DNA of 63,999 nucleotides, filler included, from Octopus bimaculoides (lineage: Eukaryota), in the NCBI RefSeq assembly GCF_001194135.2. It is 5 parts of 5 records of this genome, joined end to end, with 100 filler letters (N's around TTAATTAATTAA, not from the genome) between each part and the next. Parts side by side here need not be neighbours in the genome. Positions count along the whole stretch, not along the records: positions 1 to 14,870 come from NW_026296002.1; 4 more parts are not named here. The stretch is one strand, 5' to 3'. The notes beneath the pieces are model-generated. The model did no database searches and had not been told where the DNA came from. It saw only the letters and a program-made list of their open reading frames with translations. Below, piece after piece: positions 1 through 14,437 of this stretch. The position numbers were made by a program, and so were the translations under genes. How positions within the stretch are numbered: position 1 is the stretch's first letter; the number at the start of each line of letters is the position of its first letter.

Positions 1-97
1 TGTGCATATCTATATACATATATATGGATGTATACATGTACGTATGTATACATGTATATATACATACATTATACGTACATTATATTTATATATGTAT

Positions 98-148
<51 letters not shown>

Positions 149-826
149 GTGTGACTGCATGTAAGCATAATTGTAAACCTGTGGGTATGTGGCTATATAT
201 TCGAATGCTTGCGTATTTATGTGTAAGTGTATATATGTATATATTTTACGCAAATATATGTATTCTATATGATTCTTATTTATAAATATATACATATGCG
301 TGTGTGTGTATGTATGCATATATCTTATGACACATATATACGTACAGATATGCATACATATGTATATATTAAATATATAGACTGCTTTGTAAAGGTATGT
401 CTACTTAGATTTTCTTGTATATCCATACATATTCATGATTTTTTTAGTAATTAATCTGTATGACAATAGGGAAACGCATACCTTCACGTACGTGTGCGCA
501 TGAGCACATGTACGTGTGCGCATGTGCTGGTGCATAATGACTGCGCACATGAATGAGTATAAATATATATATGTGTGTGTATATATATATATATGTGTGT
601 ATTCATATATATGTATATATCAATGAGTGCGTGTATATATATGTATATATCTATATGATTGTGTATATATGTATATATGTATATATCTATATATGTGTGT
701 ATATGTGCATATGTATATATATATATGTGTGTGTACGTACATATATGTATGTATATATACGTGTATGTATCTATGTATGTATTGTATGTATATGTTCGTG
801 TGTGTGCATATTTATAAGTGTGTGTT

Positions 827-871
<45 letters not shown>

Positions 872-2343
872 GTATATATCTACATATGTTTCAAAGTACC
901 CTTACAGACTTTTAAACTATTGTTCTCAAGACGAAAACTTTAAAATTCTATATACATTCAGTATACTTACGTACTCACACACACACACACGTGTGTATTT
1001 AAAAACATGCAAGTATATCATCTATGAATGTATGTATGTATTATCTATGTATCTAGGTATATATATATATATATATACATACATACACATGCATNNNNNN
1101 NNNNCTCTTTTTATCTATATGTATCCATCTTTTTATCTTCCGAAGTTGAACAGCTATCTGTTTTTCGGTTTATCTTCCCATCTCTCTGTCCAGCCATCCA
1201 TTCATGCGTGCAGCTACCCATCTTTCTGTCTAGCTAGATACCAGGGTATCGATCACTCACCCAGCTTCTCCATCTTTCTTCCTCTCCCCCATATATATAT
1301 ATATATATATCTGTGTGTGTGTATGTGTGTGTGTGTGTGTGTGTNNNNNNNNNNNNNNNNNNNNNNNNNNNNNNNNNNNNNNNNNNNNNNNNNNNNNNNN
1401 NNNNNNNNNNNNNNNNNNNNNNNNNNNNNNNNNNNNNNNNNNNNNNNNNNNNNNNNNNNNNNNNNNNNNNNNNNNNNNNNNNNNNNNNNNNNNNNNNNNN
1501 NNNNNNNNNNNNNNNNNNNNNNNNNNNNNNNNNNNNNNNNNNNNNNNNNNNNNNNNNNNNNNNNNNNNNNNNNNNNNNNNNNNNNNNNNNNNNNNNNNNN
1601 NNNNNNNNNNNNNNNNNNNNNNNNNNNNNNNNNNNNNNNNNNNNNNNNNNNNNNNNNNNNNNNNNNNNNNNNNNNNNNNNNNNNNNNNNNNNNNNNNNNN
1701 NNNNNNNNNNNNNNNNNNNNNNNNNNNNNNNNNNNNNNNNNNNNNNNNNNNNNNNNNTTCCACTTTGCCTTTCATCCTTTTATCCTTTCGGGGTATGGAG
1801 GAATAGGTGAGCTCCTCGTTTCATCATGAGGCAAGCGTCCGCAATGTATTCCATGTTATGCCTATCATGCAATTCATATGAAGAGTGATATCATGTAATC
1901 CTTCACGTTGTTCCACTCCAATCAGCTGGCAAAAAAATGAGTAGTACCTGTATTTCAAAGGAGCCACCCTTTTCACACTCTGTGTCACGCTGAATCTCCC
2001 TGAGAACTACGTTAAGGCTACACATGTCTGTGGAGTGCTCAGCCACTTGCACGTTGATTTCACGAGCAGGCTGTTCCGTTGATTGGATCAACTGGAACCC
2101 ACGTCGTCGTAACCGAAGGTGTCACGCAGTGGGACTGAACCAGGAACCATGTGGTTGGTAAGCAAGCTACTTACGACACAACCACTTTGGCGCTTGTATA
2201 TTTATATATTCACATAAACGTATATATGCGTGCATATATAAATATGTATATGTTTGTGTGTATGTTTGTGTGTGTATGCGTGTATGTGACTCTGTGTGTG
2301 TGCGTTTGCACGTGAACATGTGTGCATCTATATAAAAATATAC

Positions 2344-2407
<64 letters not shown>

Positions 2408-2465
2408 GTGTGTATACATTTATATATATCTGCACATATATATGCATACGTACGTATATATATTT

Positions 2466-2519
<54 letters not shown>

Positions 2520-2755
2520 TATATATATATATTAAAAGGCGGGAACGACAAAAATGGCGACTGGCTTCTCATAAAAACAAGCAATAGACATTTACCAAAT
2601 GTTATACCTTTATTTTTAGCAAAATTTTATTTCCTTTATATAGGCACTCATCTGTCCCGACTCTTTTACAGTCTATCCTATATTTGTTTATACATGTGTG
2701 TATATATGTTTTAGTGGAATTGTGATTATGCGTGCACGTATATTTGTTTGTTTTC

Positions 2756-2792
<37 letters not shown>

Positions 2793-2911
2793 TGTGTGTG
2801 TACAAAGTTTTATGATCATTAAGTGTGTTGTAAGATGTTAGAAGTCCTACAGTTGTCTTCTAAAAGAAATAGAAAAAATAGTAGACAAAAAAAATTGTAT
2901 ATAATATGTAC

Positions 2912-2958
<47 letters not shown>

Positions 2959-3594
2959 TAGTTGTATATTTATGCGTATTTATGTTTGTATGTGTGTATC
3001 CATATCTATTTATCAATCGCTCTATCTATCTATCGGTGTACTTGATTCTCTCTCTGTCCANNNNNNNNNNNNNNNNNNNNNNNNNNNNNNNNNNNNNNNN
3101 NNNNNNNNNNNNNNNNNNNNNNNNNNNNNNNNNNNNNNNNNNNNNNNNNNNNNNNNNNNNNNNNNNNNNNNNNNNNNNNNNNNNNNNNNNNNNNNNNNNN
3201 NNNNNNNNNNNNNNNNNNNNNNNNNNNNNNNNNNNNNNNNNNNNNNNNNNNNNNNNNNNNNNNNNNNNNNNNNNNNNNNNNNNNNNNNNNNNNNNNNNNN
3301 NNNNNNNNNNNNNNNNNNNNNNNNNNNNNNNNNNNNNNNNNNNNNNNNNNNNNNNNNNNNNNNNNNNNNNNNNNNNNNNNNNNNNNNNNNNNNNNNNNNN
3401 NNNNNNNNNNNNNNNNNNNNNNNNNNNNNNNNNNNNNNNNNNNNNNNNNNNNNNNNNNNNNNNNNNNNNNNNNNNNNNNNNNNNNNNNNNNNNNNNNNNN
3501 NNNNNNNNNNNNNNNNNNNNNNNNNNNNNNNNNNNNNNNNNNNNNNNNNNNNNNNNNNNNNNNNNNNNNNNNNNNNNNNNNNNNNNNNNNNNNN

Positions 3595-3635
<41 letters not shown>

Positions 3636-3931
3636 ACATTCATATATACATATATATATATATATATATATGTATACATTCATATATACATATATACAGA
3701 TATATACATATATGTATATGTGTGTGAACATGTATTTATTTACACACACGCGTGTGCGTGTATGCATAAATGAATTTGTTCATATATTTATGTGTCTATA
3801 AATGTGTATATATACCTACATATATGTGTATATATACGTGGTTGTATATATATATATAAATACGTGTGTGTGTATGCTTATATATACATACATAAATATA
3901 CTTGTGTGTGTGTACAGAAATTTATGTGTAG

Positions 3932-3982
<51 letters not shown>

Positions 3983-4358
3983 CACACACAACCAACACAT
4001 AAGATCACACGCAAAATCATGCAGGGCTCACGCTCGAACCGTCGATTCATTTATTCCGGTACGAAACAATGGGACAACATGGCGTCAGAATTCACACATA
4101 GTGTAATTCCCTGGGTCATAACCCAGCGCTGTTATAACATTAAGCAACAAGAAATACGACAGAGCAGTTACGATTAGCTTGCATACATCCCTCTTACGTC
4201 TTACCCACCCTCAACGACCCCTGGGAAGCAGCCGATCTTCTCTGGCGTTTTTACGGTGATATTTTGCGATACCGTGTGAATCAGAATGAGGCTTGTTGCT
4301 CCGATCGTCTTATCGCTGCACGCCATTCTATGCTCCCTCATTCTCGGGTTGATGCCGC

Positions 4359-4390
<32 letters not shown>

Positions 4391-4606
4391 ATGTGTATAT
4401 ATATATTGGAACCAACATATATACTTATAGACACATATATGTATATATACATATATANNNNNNNNNNNNNNNNNNNNNNNNNNNNNNNNNNNNNNNNNNN
4501 NNNNNNNNNNNNNNNNNNNNNNNNNNTATACAGGCACATATACATACACACACATGTATATATATATATATATATGTATGCAAATTATCCGAATATGTAT
4601 GAAGAG

Positions 4607-4650
<44 letters not shown>

Positions 4651-5141
4651 CCGTTAATATCTGTGTATGATTAAATGTTAGGAGAAGAGCATATATATAT
4701 ATATTTATGTAGGTTTAATGTACCTCTGTAGAAACAGACATATAGTTAATATCTAAAACACACACACACATACATATAATCATCCACGGACAAACACACA
4801 TACACATGTATACATAATCATACACATTCATATACACACGCGTATGCATCTGTATATATGTGTGTACTTTTTTTTATAACATAACTCTGAATGTATCTCG
4901 TGGACAAATATATAATTCATTGTTGAGATGTCGAAGGTGACACTTTATGTGTGTGTGTGTGTGTATGTATGTGTTTGTGCTTTTTTTTTCTTCTTTAGTT
5001 GAACAAATCAAGTTCTGTAGTTATTTTGCTTTTACCGCCTGATACTTAGTCTGTCGGTCATTTTTTGCCGAACGTCTAAGTTACGGAGACGATCAACACT
5101 AGTTGTGAAGGGGTGCAAGTGAAACAAAGATATGCTCAAAG

Positions 5142-5239
<98 letters not shown>

Positions 5240-5379
5240 GTGGCCTAACAGCCCTCCATGTTTGTTTTCATTGTTTCGGTTTCTCTGTCGTGTTTTCTGT
5301 TTGCAACTTAATTCCTCCGCATCACAAATTTTATTTAATTTGGTCTGCGGGAAGAGCTATTCAAACAATGCGTCCTGCC

Positions 5380-5638
5380 CTAACACTTCGAAACGTTTGG
5401 TTTAGAATAGGGGCAGCTAATGAAGGAAATGTTCTCTATGTGGCCTGTCTGTTTTCCTGTGTGTTCCTGCCGTTGTCCCCCCAAAAGTTTGTTTTCCGTG
5501 CTTTGTTTATGTTCTCGTTTTTCATTTTATCCACGTTTTTTTGTGACGTCCTGTACCCAGATCTGCATCTATATATACATGTAGATGTAGGTATATACAT
5601 ACATGTACGTATATATGCATATACTCACATATTATTTG

Positions 5639-5674
<36 letters not shown>

Positions 5675-7488
5675 GACGGGCTTCTTTCAGTTTCTGTCTA
5701 AGAGATCCATCTACAAAATTTTGGTCAGCCCCAGACCATAGTAGAAGACACTTGCTCAAGGTGCCACGCAGTGGGATTGAAAACCGGAACCATGTGGTTC
5801 GTAAGCAAGCTACTTACCACACAGCCACTCCTACGCCTAGAAAGATATATAAAACAGTACGATGTGATTTGAGGGAGATTTGGCAGCTATATCTAGCAGA
5901 TTTAGCTACCATGTAGAGATCTCCCTCATCGGCTCTTACACACATATATATATATAAATACATACATAAGACAATAGGGTGTGATTTGAGGAAGATTTCG
6001 CTACTATTTCTCGCAGGCTTAGCTACCACGTAGAAATCTCCCTCATTGGCTCATACATACATACATACATACATACATACATACATACATACATACGTAC
6101 ATACATACATACATACATACATACATAAGACTGTAGGATGCGATTAGAGAGGGATTTGGTTGCTATTTCTAATCACGTCTAACTAACACTTACAAAGCAC
6201 CTTCGTATTAATTAACGACGTTATAGCGATAACAGCAGTAGTAGTAGAAGTAGTGGTAGTAGCAGTAGTAATGGTGGTGGTGGTAGTGGTGGTGGTAGTG
6301 GTGGTGGTGGTGTGTCTGCTGTTATTATTTAATGTCGGTGAACTGATGTGCAACAACTGATTGTGTGATGGTGCGTGGCNNNNNNNNNNNNNNNNNNNNN
6401 NNNNNNNNNNNNNNNNNNNNNNNNNNNNNNNNNNNNNNNNNNNNNNNNNNNNNNNNNNNNNNNNNNNNNNNNNNNNNNNNNNNNNNNNNNNNNNNNNNNN
6501 NNNNNNNNNNNNNNNNNNNNNNNNNNNNNNNNNNNNNNNNNNNNNNNNNNNNNNNNNNNNNNNNNNNNNNNNNNNNNNNNNNNNNNNNNNNNNNNNNNNN
6601 NNNNNNNNNNNNNNNNNNNNNNNNNNNNNNNNNNNNNNNNNNNNNNNNNNNNNNNNNNNNNNNNNNNNNNNNNNNNNNNNNNNNNNNNNNNNNNNNNNNN
6701 NNNNNNNNNNNNNNNNNNNNNNNNNNNNNNNNNNNNNNNNNNNNNNNNNNNNNNNNNNNNNNNNNNNNNNNNNNNNNNNNNNNNNNNNNNNNNNNNNNNN
6801 NNNNNNNNNNNNNNNNNNNNNNNNNNNNNNNNNNNNNNNNNNNNNNNNNNNNNNNNNNNNNNNNNNNNNNNNNNNNNNNNNNNNNNNNNNNNNNNNNNNN
6901 NNNNNNNNNNNNNNNNNNNNNNNNNNNNNNNNNNNNNNNNNNNNNNNNNNNNNNNNNNNNNNNNNNNNNNNNNNNNNNNNNNNNNNNNNNNNNNNNNNNN
7001 NNNNNNNNNNNNNNNNNNNNNNNNNNNNNNNNNNNNNNNNNNNNNNNNNNNNNNNNNNNNNNNNNNNNNNNNNNNNNNNNNNNNNNNNNNNNNNNNNNNN
7101 NNNNNNNNNNNNNNNNNNNNNNNNNNNNNNNNNNNNNNNNNNNNNNNNNNNNNNNNNNNNNNNNNNNNNNNNNNNNNNNNNNGTGGTGGTGGTGGTGGTG
7201 GTGGTGGCAGTGCAAGCGGTGACGGTATTCGTGGTGGTGGTGGTGGTGGTGGTGGTGGCAGTAGTAGTAACACAGATGTTCTAGTTGATACCATTGAGTC
7301 GAATGATATAGTAGTGGTGGTGACAGTAGTGGTTGCAGTTCTGACAGTAGTGGTGTTGATTATTGGCCATTTTGGTGATGGTATCGCCGGTGGTAATGAT
7401 GATGATGATAATGATGCTGTTGTTTTTGTTGGTGGTGGTGGTGTTGTTGGTGTTGGTGATGGTAGGACAACTGCTTCTAGCTGATACC

Positions 7489-7533
<45 letters not shown>

Positions 7534-7725
7534 CAAAGAATATATATGCATGTATACACACATATATGTATATACTAACATCTACATGTATATATAGATG
7601 CATATCAGGGTACAGGACGTTAGAACAATGAACTACAGACAACGGAACGAACACATAGGAAAACAGAAAGCCACTTGGAATTATTCATCAGCTGCCTCTA
7701 TTCTAACTAGACGTTTCGAAGATAT
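5380..7725. repeat. Inverted pair of a short repeat (5380-5670 plus; 7480-7725 minus)
   Basis: Shared ttcgaaacgt...ttagaatag(a/g)ggcagct(g/a)atgaa and acgtcctgtaccc...gcatctatatatacatgtagatg blocks, each ending in (TA)n. Confidence 0.75.
5855..6195 (+). repeat. Three tandem degenerate copies of a ~70-bp dispersed repeat separated by (CATA)n
   Basis: Unit gtgtgatttgagggagatttggc.gctat.tctagcag...ctccctcat. Further copies lie near 22945-23010 and 23200-23270. Confidence 0.65.
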
Positions 7726-8027
7726 TTATATACGACGGACTTCTTTCAGTTTCCGTCTACCAAATCCACTCACAAGGTCTTGGTTGGCTCGCAGCTATAG
7801 TAGAAGACACTTCCCCAAGATGCTACGCAGTGGGACTGAACCAGGAACCATGTGGTTCAAATATTTCAATACATATATGTATATAACAAATTTTACTGAG
7901 TGTGTGTGTATACATATTATACATATATATATATATATATATATGTTTGTGTGTATATGTAAATAACTACACATAAATACAATACACACATACATACAAA
8001 CTTATGTATGTATGTATTTGTGTATAA

Positions 8028-8070
<43 letters not shown>

Positions 8071-8099
8071 TCATTGCGTGTTATCGTTTGTAATCAACA

Positions 8100-8460
8100 T
8101 TATGGCGTTTTTTTCCCCCTTTTCTCTATTCAGCAACTATGATATTACATATTTCTAACTTGATGTCAATTTCCTCGCGCCATCTTTCTTTGGAAGCTAC
8201 TTCCGGTCATGGAGATTTCTCATCCTGAATCACTCCATCTTTGTGGGCGGCGAGTTTTCATTGCATCTAATCGGCTTTAAATCCCAGACTCTCGTCTTTG
8301 TTACGAAGGTACCCCGCATCTTTGTTTCAGTGCCATGCACCCTACAACATAAACCTCCCTCGCACATTGTCATCCGCCGTCTCCCCACCCCATCTTCACG
8401 TGAAATGTAGCATTTTCCGTTTGAGAAATAGGGCGAAACTAGAAACACTGTAAAGGTATT
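8100..8460. promoter_or_regulatory. Candidate promoter or non-coding exon island
   Basis: GCCATCTT at 8179-8186, ACTTCCGG (ETS-like) at 8199-8206, GGGCGG at 8245-8250 and CACGTG at 8397-8402. It is unique sequence amid simple repeats. Confidence 0.3.
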
Positions 8461-8700
8461 TTAACTATGGTTTTTCTTTGTAATTTTCATTGTACTTTTT
8501 ATCTTGCTGCAGTGATTAGGTGGCGGCCATGCTTAGACAACGCCTTGACGAATTTTAGTCGAACGAATTGACTTTTTCTTCCGACAAAGCTTGGTACTTG
8601 TTCTATCGGTCTCTTTTGCCCAATCGCTAAGGTGCCGATTGTTAAGCAGTACTGGGAAAACACACCCTCACATATTGTTATGTATGTGTCTGTGCGTGTG

Positions 8701-8778
<78 letters not shown>

Positions 8779-9883
8779 GGCGCAGGAGTGGCTGTGAGGT
8801 AATTATATTCTATGATATTTTATATAATGATATTTGATATTTTATGGTATATATTATATAATATATTCATAGAAGAAATATTTCTTCAAAATACATTAAA
8901 CCAATATATATTAAACTAGTATATCTTGGATAAAAATAGCTCTATAAGAGGTCTGAATATCGTCAGTGACCATATATTTATTTCCATATACGGCAGCTTA
9001 ATTTTATTCGTCCTTAGTCGAAAGACATCTGTTGTGATGTCCTGTTTTATTATTTTTATTGTATTTGTGTAATATTGTTCGTTTCTTTCCGTCCTTGTTT
9101 TTGTATACACTCGCTGCTTTCTTCCAAGGAATCTAATGCTCTTAGCTTAGTTTTTTCCTTGGGGCTGGCCAGATTGGAGCAATATCGAGAATAACCAACC
9201 GAAATTGCAAAGATAATCTGGATCTCGACTGATGAAAGAAAACTCCAAATGACCTGTCCTTGTTTTCTTTGTGTCGTCCATCTGGATGTTTTATCCCTTT
9301 CTTGTATCACCTGTCTGGATGTTTTGCGTTCTTGTCCCATTCTGTATTATATATATATATATATATNNNNNNNNNNNNNNNNNNNNNNNNNNNNNNNNNN
9401 NNNNNNNNNNNNNNNNNNNNNNNNNNNNNNNNNNNNNNNNNNNNNNNNNNNNNNNNNNNNNNNNNNNNNNNNNNNNNNNNNNNNNNNNNNNNNNNNNNNN
9501 NNNNNNNNNNNNNNNNNNNNNNNNNNNNNNNNNNNNNNNNNNNNNNNNNNNNNNNNNNNNNNNNNNNNNNNNNNNNNNNNNNNNNNNNNNNNNNNNNNNN
9601 NNNNNNNNNNNNNNNNNNNNNNNNNNNNNNNNNNNNNNNNNNNNNNNNNNNNNNNNNNNNNNNNNNNNNNNNNNNNNNNNNNNNNNNNNNNNNNNNNNNN
9701 NNNNNNNNNNNNNNNNNNNNNNNNNNNNNNNNNNNNNNNNNNNNNNNNNNNNNNNNNNNNNNNNNNNNNNNNNNNNNNNNNNNNNNNNNNNNNNNNNNNN
9801 NNNNNNNNNNNNNNNNNNNNNNNNNNNNNNNNNNNNNNNNNNNNNNNNNNNNNNNNNNNNNNNNNNNNNNNNNNNNNNNNNNN

Positions 9884-9915
<32 letters not shown>

Positions 9916-9925
9916 GCTACAAAAT

Positions 9926-9956
<31 letters not shown>

Positions 9957-12206
9957 CAGATTGAAAGAACAACAAGTAAACATACGAATGCAGAAGTTAT
10001 CTCGTTATCAATATTTTAGTAAAGTTGATCGACCGAGAACATTACATAGTCACAAACCGTGTCAATTTGTATACACTCGCTCATTTATACACACATTCAC
10101 ACCCTGGTATATATGTAGATGTATATATAAATATACCTATGTTTGCATATTTGCATGTCCATGGAGCGTGTCTATATAAATGTTTAGTATATTTATAAAA
10201 GTATCGCTGACATATACACTAACAAATACGAATACGTACACACACATATATACATACATACATACAAATATACATACATTCATACATATATGTGCGTGTG
10301 TGTATATAATCTATCTATCTATATATATATATATAAACACACATTATATATCTCCACATATATATTTCGAAGCATACATATACACATTTGGATATATATG
10401 TGTGTGTATGTGTCTGTTCGCGTAAATATGTGCGTACTTCTCTAGATATGTGCATTTGTGCATAAACGCACATATGTATGCATGTGTCTGTATGTGTATG
10501 TGTGTGTACAATTTTCGTTATGTGCTTGTGAATGTCTGTGAGTGTGTGATGTATATATATATATATATNNNNNNNNNNNNNNNNNNNNNNNNNNNNNNNN
10601 NNNNNNNNNNNNNNNNNNNNNNNNNNNNNNNNNNNNNNNNNNNNNNNNNNNNNNNNNNNNNNNNNNNNNNNNNNNNNNNNNNNNNNNNNNNNNNNNNNNN
10701 NNNNNNNNNNNNNNNNNNNNNNNNNNNNNNNNNNNNNNNNNNNNNNNNNNNNNNNNNNNNNNNNNNNNNNNNNNNNNNNNNNNNNNNNNNNNNNNNNNNN
10801 NNNNNNNNNNNNNNNNNNNNNNNNNNNNNNNNNNNNNNNNNNNNNNNNNNNNNNNNNNNNNNNNNNNNNNNNNNNNNNNNNNNNNNNNNNNNNNNNNNNN
10901 NNNNNNNNNNNNNNNNNNNNNNNNNNNNNNNNNNNNNNNNNNNNNNNNNNNNNNNNNNNNNNNNNNNNNNNNNNNNNNNNNNNNNNNNNNNNNNNNNNNN
11001 NNNNNNNNNNNNNNNNNNNNNNNNNNNNNNNNNNNNNNNNNNNNNNNNNNNNNNNNNNNNNNNNNNNNNNNNNNNNNNNNNNNNNNNNNNNNNNNNNNNN
11101 NNNNNNNNNNNNNNNNNNNNNNNNNNNNNNNNNNNNNNNNNNNNNNNNNNNNNNNNNNNNNNNNNNNNNNNNNNNNNNNNNNNNNNNNNNNNNNNNNNNN
11201 NNNNNNNNNNNNNNNNNNNNNNNNNNNNNNNNNNNNNNNNNNNNNNNNNNNNNNNNNNNNNNNNNNNNNNNNNNNNNNNNNNNNNNNNNNNNNNNNNNNN
11301 NNNNNNNNNNNNNNNNNNNNNNNNNNNNNNNNNNNNNNNNNNNNNNNNNNNNNNNNNNNNNNNNNNNNNNNNNNNNNNNNNNNNNNNNNNNNNNNNNNNN
11401 NNNNNNNNNNNNNNNNNNNNNNNNNNNNNNNNNNNNNNNNNNNNNNNNNNNNNNNNNNNNNNNNNNNNNNNNNNNNNNNNNNNNNNNNNNNNNNNNNNNN
11501 NNNNNNNNNNNNNNNNNNNNNNNNNNNNNNNNNNNNNNNNNNNNNNNATATATATATATATACGTATATATGTGTATGTATGTACGTAAGTATATATGTA
11601 ACCTGATGATTTTTTGCAATCGCACTATTGTTTCCAAACGCGCGCACACACAAAATAATACAGTGGGTAGTGGTGTCAATGAGACCCAGAGGTGTCAGGT
11701 AATGCTGAATAAGTGCTATGGATAGACCACAGTTAAGCTCTAGGTTCGGTGATTATGTGAATAAGGGGTCCAACGTAGGTCATATATCAGCCTGGGTTTT
11801 TTATTTCATTACTAAAAGTAAATCTTTACATACATATATGTATATATATCATTATACCCATATATTTGTATGTGTGTGTATGTGTTTGTAGATGTATGTA
11901 TATATGTCAAGAAGCGTTTAATGATTTCGGCTGCTTATGTAGATGTTATTTTGGTCTTTCTGGCACACAGACACGCACTCGCATACATGCATGCACACAC
12001 GCTCTCACATACACACACATATATATGTGTGTGCGTATATTGTTGTATGCAAAGCTCTCTTAATGCACTTACTCACACATATAGGTGTTTATTGAGACAC
12101 ACTTAGACAAATACGTATATTCACAGGCACAACACGAACACATAATGGATACACATACAGAAATGCACACAAGCGCACATATCACGCTTGTATAATTGCG
12201 CAAACA

Positions 12207-12237
<31 letters not shown>

Positions 12238-12292
12238 GCGCAGGTACATACATAGAGAGACATAAAAACAGCAGGAGTGTGCAAAGTGAGAT

Positions 12293-12336
<44 letters not shown>

Positions 12337-12479
12337 TTAAGAGAGAAACAAAAGAAAGAATGGAAGAACGTGCGTAAGATAGAAAAAAAAGAAAGAGCGA
12401 CAGAGAGGGGAAATATGCGAGAGAAAAGAGAAAAAGAGGAAAAATCTCACAAAATCTCGATTAATTAAATTTTGGATTG

Positions 12480-12730
12480 ATCGAGAATAACAGCCGCCAT
12501 TTTGGAAATTCTTTTGACGTTAAACTAAGCGACTCAATTGTACAAACTAGTTGACCGTTAGTCATTCGAACTGGCTTGACTTCGCAAATAGCCTGCAGTA
12601 GGTGACCGCTCATGCAAATTACTGTGACGTCATCTTTGTGTTAATTGTCTATCGGTGACTTCATTCTTAATGAACACGTCAACTCGTTTGAAAAGAAGCG
12701 TCTTTTGGAAAATAAAATGGCCGTTCTCTC
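12480..12730. promoter_or_regulatory. Candidate promoter-like CpG-containing island
   Basis: CCGCCATTTT (YY1-like) at 12494-12503, ATGCAAAT octamer at 12612-12619, TGACGTCA at 12625-12632 and AAAATGGCCG at 12714-12723. Motif evidence only. Confidence 0.35.
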
Positions 12731-13147
12731 TCGCTGTTTGGTTTTTGTTTCATTCATTGTGTGTCGTTTGTACGTCTGTCTGTCTGTCTGTCCGTGTTTC
12801 TGTCTGTTCTGTGTCTCACTGTCTCTTCCTTTTGTCTCTCTGTCCTACCTGTCCTTTTGTGTATCTATCTGTCGCCCTCTCTGTCAGTCTGTCTATACAT
12901 ATGTGTGTGTGTGTGTGTGTGTGTATGTGTGTGTATATGTGTGCCTGTGTTTGTTCCCCCAACATCGCTTGACAACCGATGGTGGTGTGTTTACGTCCCC
13001 GTAACTTAGCGGTTCGGCAAAAGAGACCGAGAGAATAAGTACTAGGCTTACAAAGAATAAGTCCTGGGGTTGATTTGCTCGACTAAAGGCGGTGCTCCAG
13101 CATGGCCGCAGTCAAATGACTGAAACAAGTAAAAGAGTAAAAGAGAG

Positions 13148-13193
<46 letters not shown>

Positions 13194-13313
13194 CAGAGAG
13201 AAAAAGAGACAGGGAAAGAAAGGGAGATATATATAGAAAAAGACAGAGAGAAAAAGTGAAGAAAAAGAGCAAGGCAGTTGGGAAAATGAGTGACACAGAT
13301 ACAAAAAGGCAGA

Positions 13314-13385
<72 letters not shown>

Positions 13386-13556
13386 CTAAAAGAAACAGAA
13401 AAACACTTGTTAATACTAATAAAATCGATTGATTTTTCTGTCGCCATGTTTAATATATTTGTGAATGTGTCGTTGTTGTGAAAATAAAATAGTTTTATTA
13501 TTATTTTATAAAATTTCCTTTCCTTTTAATTTTACGGCAAGTTTTCGTCTGTTGCG

Positions 13557-13632
13557 CTTCTTCTTCTTCTTCTTCTTCTTCTTCTTCTTCTTCTTCTTCT
13601 TCTTCTTCTTCTTCTTCTTCTTCTTCTTCTTC
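13557..13632. repeat. (CTT)n trinucleotide microsatellite
   Basis: Uninterrupted run. Confidence 0.95.
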
Positions 13633-13954
13633 CATAGACTGTTTAGGGAGAGTTTCCTTACTTTTTTTTAACCCCCGTTCTTGATATCGGTGTTATTGTT
13701 GTTAAATGCCTTTGTTTCAAAATCCTCCAAAGTGGAATACAACATTTTACAAAAACAACCAATAAGAAAAAAAAATTCTTCTACATTTTGGTAAAAAAAA
13801 TTTTTTTAAATAACATTAAATCCGTTTCTTTAGAATGTTCCGTTGTTATTTATTAATCCAAACGACGATGGAACTTCCGTAAATAATGAGATGGACAAAA
13901 ATAAATAGATATATAAATAATAATAATAATAATAATAATAATGAAAATAATAAT

Positions 13955-14383
13955 AGAGTATTCCTTGCGATCATAATATAGCGGCGAAAGAATTTGACAA
14001 GATCAGTAAATATAAAGACTTGCTAATAGAAATTGAAAAATATGTGGCACCTCAAGGCGACTACCGTACCAGTGATTGTAGGATCTCTAGGAATGATTAA
14101 AAAAAAGGTACTAAAGCCTATTTGAAAATGATATCAGGTTTACCATTCTTACAGGAAGTGCAAAAAATCGTGTTAATTGGAACGACTCATGTACTGAGAA
14201 GAGCATTATCGCTGTGAAAACAACATCCATTCATGAACTTATTTATTTATTAATTTTCTTTTTAAAATACATATTTTACCTGTGGATTTTGCGTGTGTAA
14301 ACTGGGAATGCATACAATGAGCTTCCCTGCCCTAGGTGTACGGAAAACACTCGGCGAGAAATGGAAGAAAATTTTAAGAAAGA

Positions 14384-14436
<53 letters not shown>
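13955..14436 (+). mobile_element. R4/Dong-like 3' fragment (RLE C-terminus) with (TAA)n tail
   Basis: PCDHNIAAKEFDKISKYKDLLIEI...VPVIVGSLGMI...LQEVQKIVLIGTTHVLRRAL*. A fainter DFNIQTN relic follows at about 14470-14640. Confidence 0.8.

Positions 14437-14437
<1 letters not shown>

Larger units (their letters stand above)
1..12340. repeat. Microsatellite-dominated region: (TA)n, (CA/TG)n, (CATA)n, (GGT)n, (GA)n, (CTAT)n
   Basis: Directly visible, for example (CA)n at 5143-5230, (GGT)n at 6270-6312 and 7183-7258, and (CATA)n at 6053-6126. It explains all YI/HT/CV ORFs. Confidence 0.95.

Noticed and set aside
4204-4345. Minus-strand ORF MREHRMACSDKTIG... ending at a GTAAGA donor
   Set aside because: No homology was recognised and no partner exon was found. 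It is noted only as a possible island.
5855-6195. Repeat-spacer-like array resembling CRISPR
   Set aside because: The context is eukaryotic, the units are degenerate, the spacers are microsatellites and there are no cas genes.
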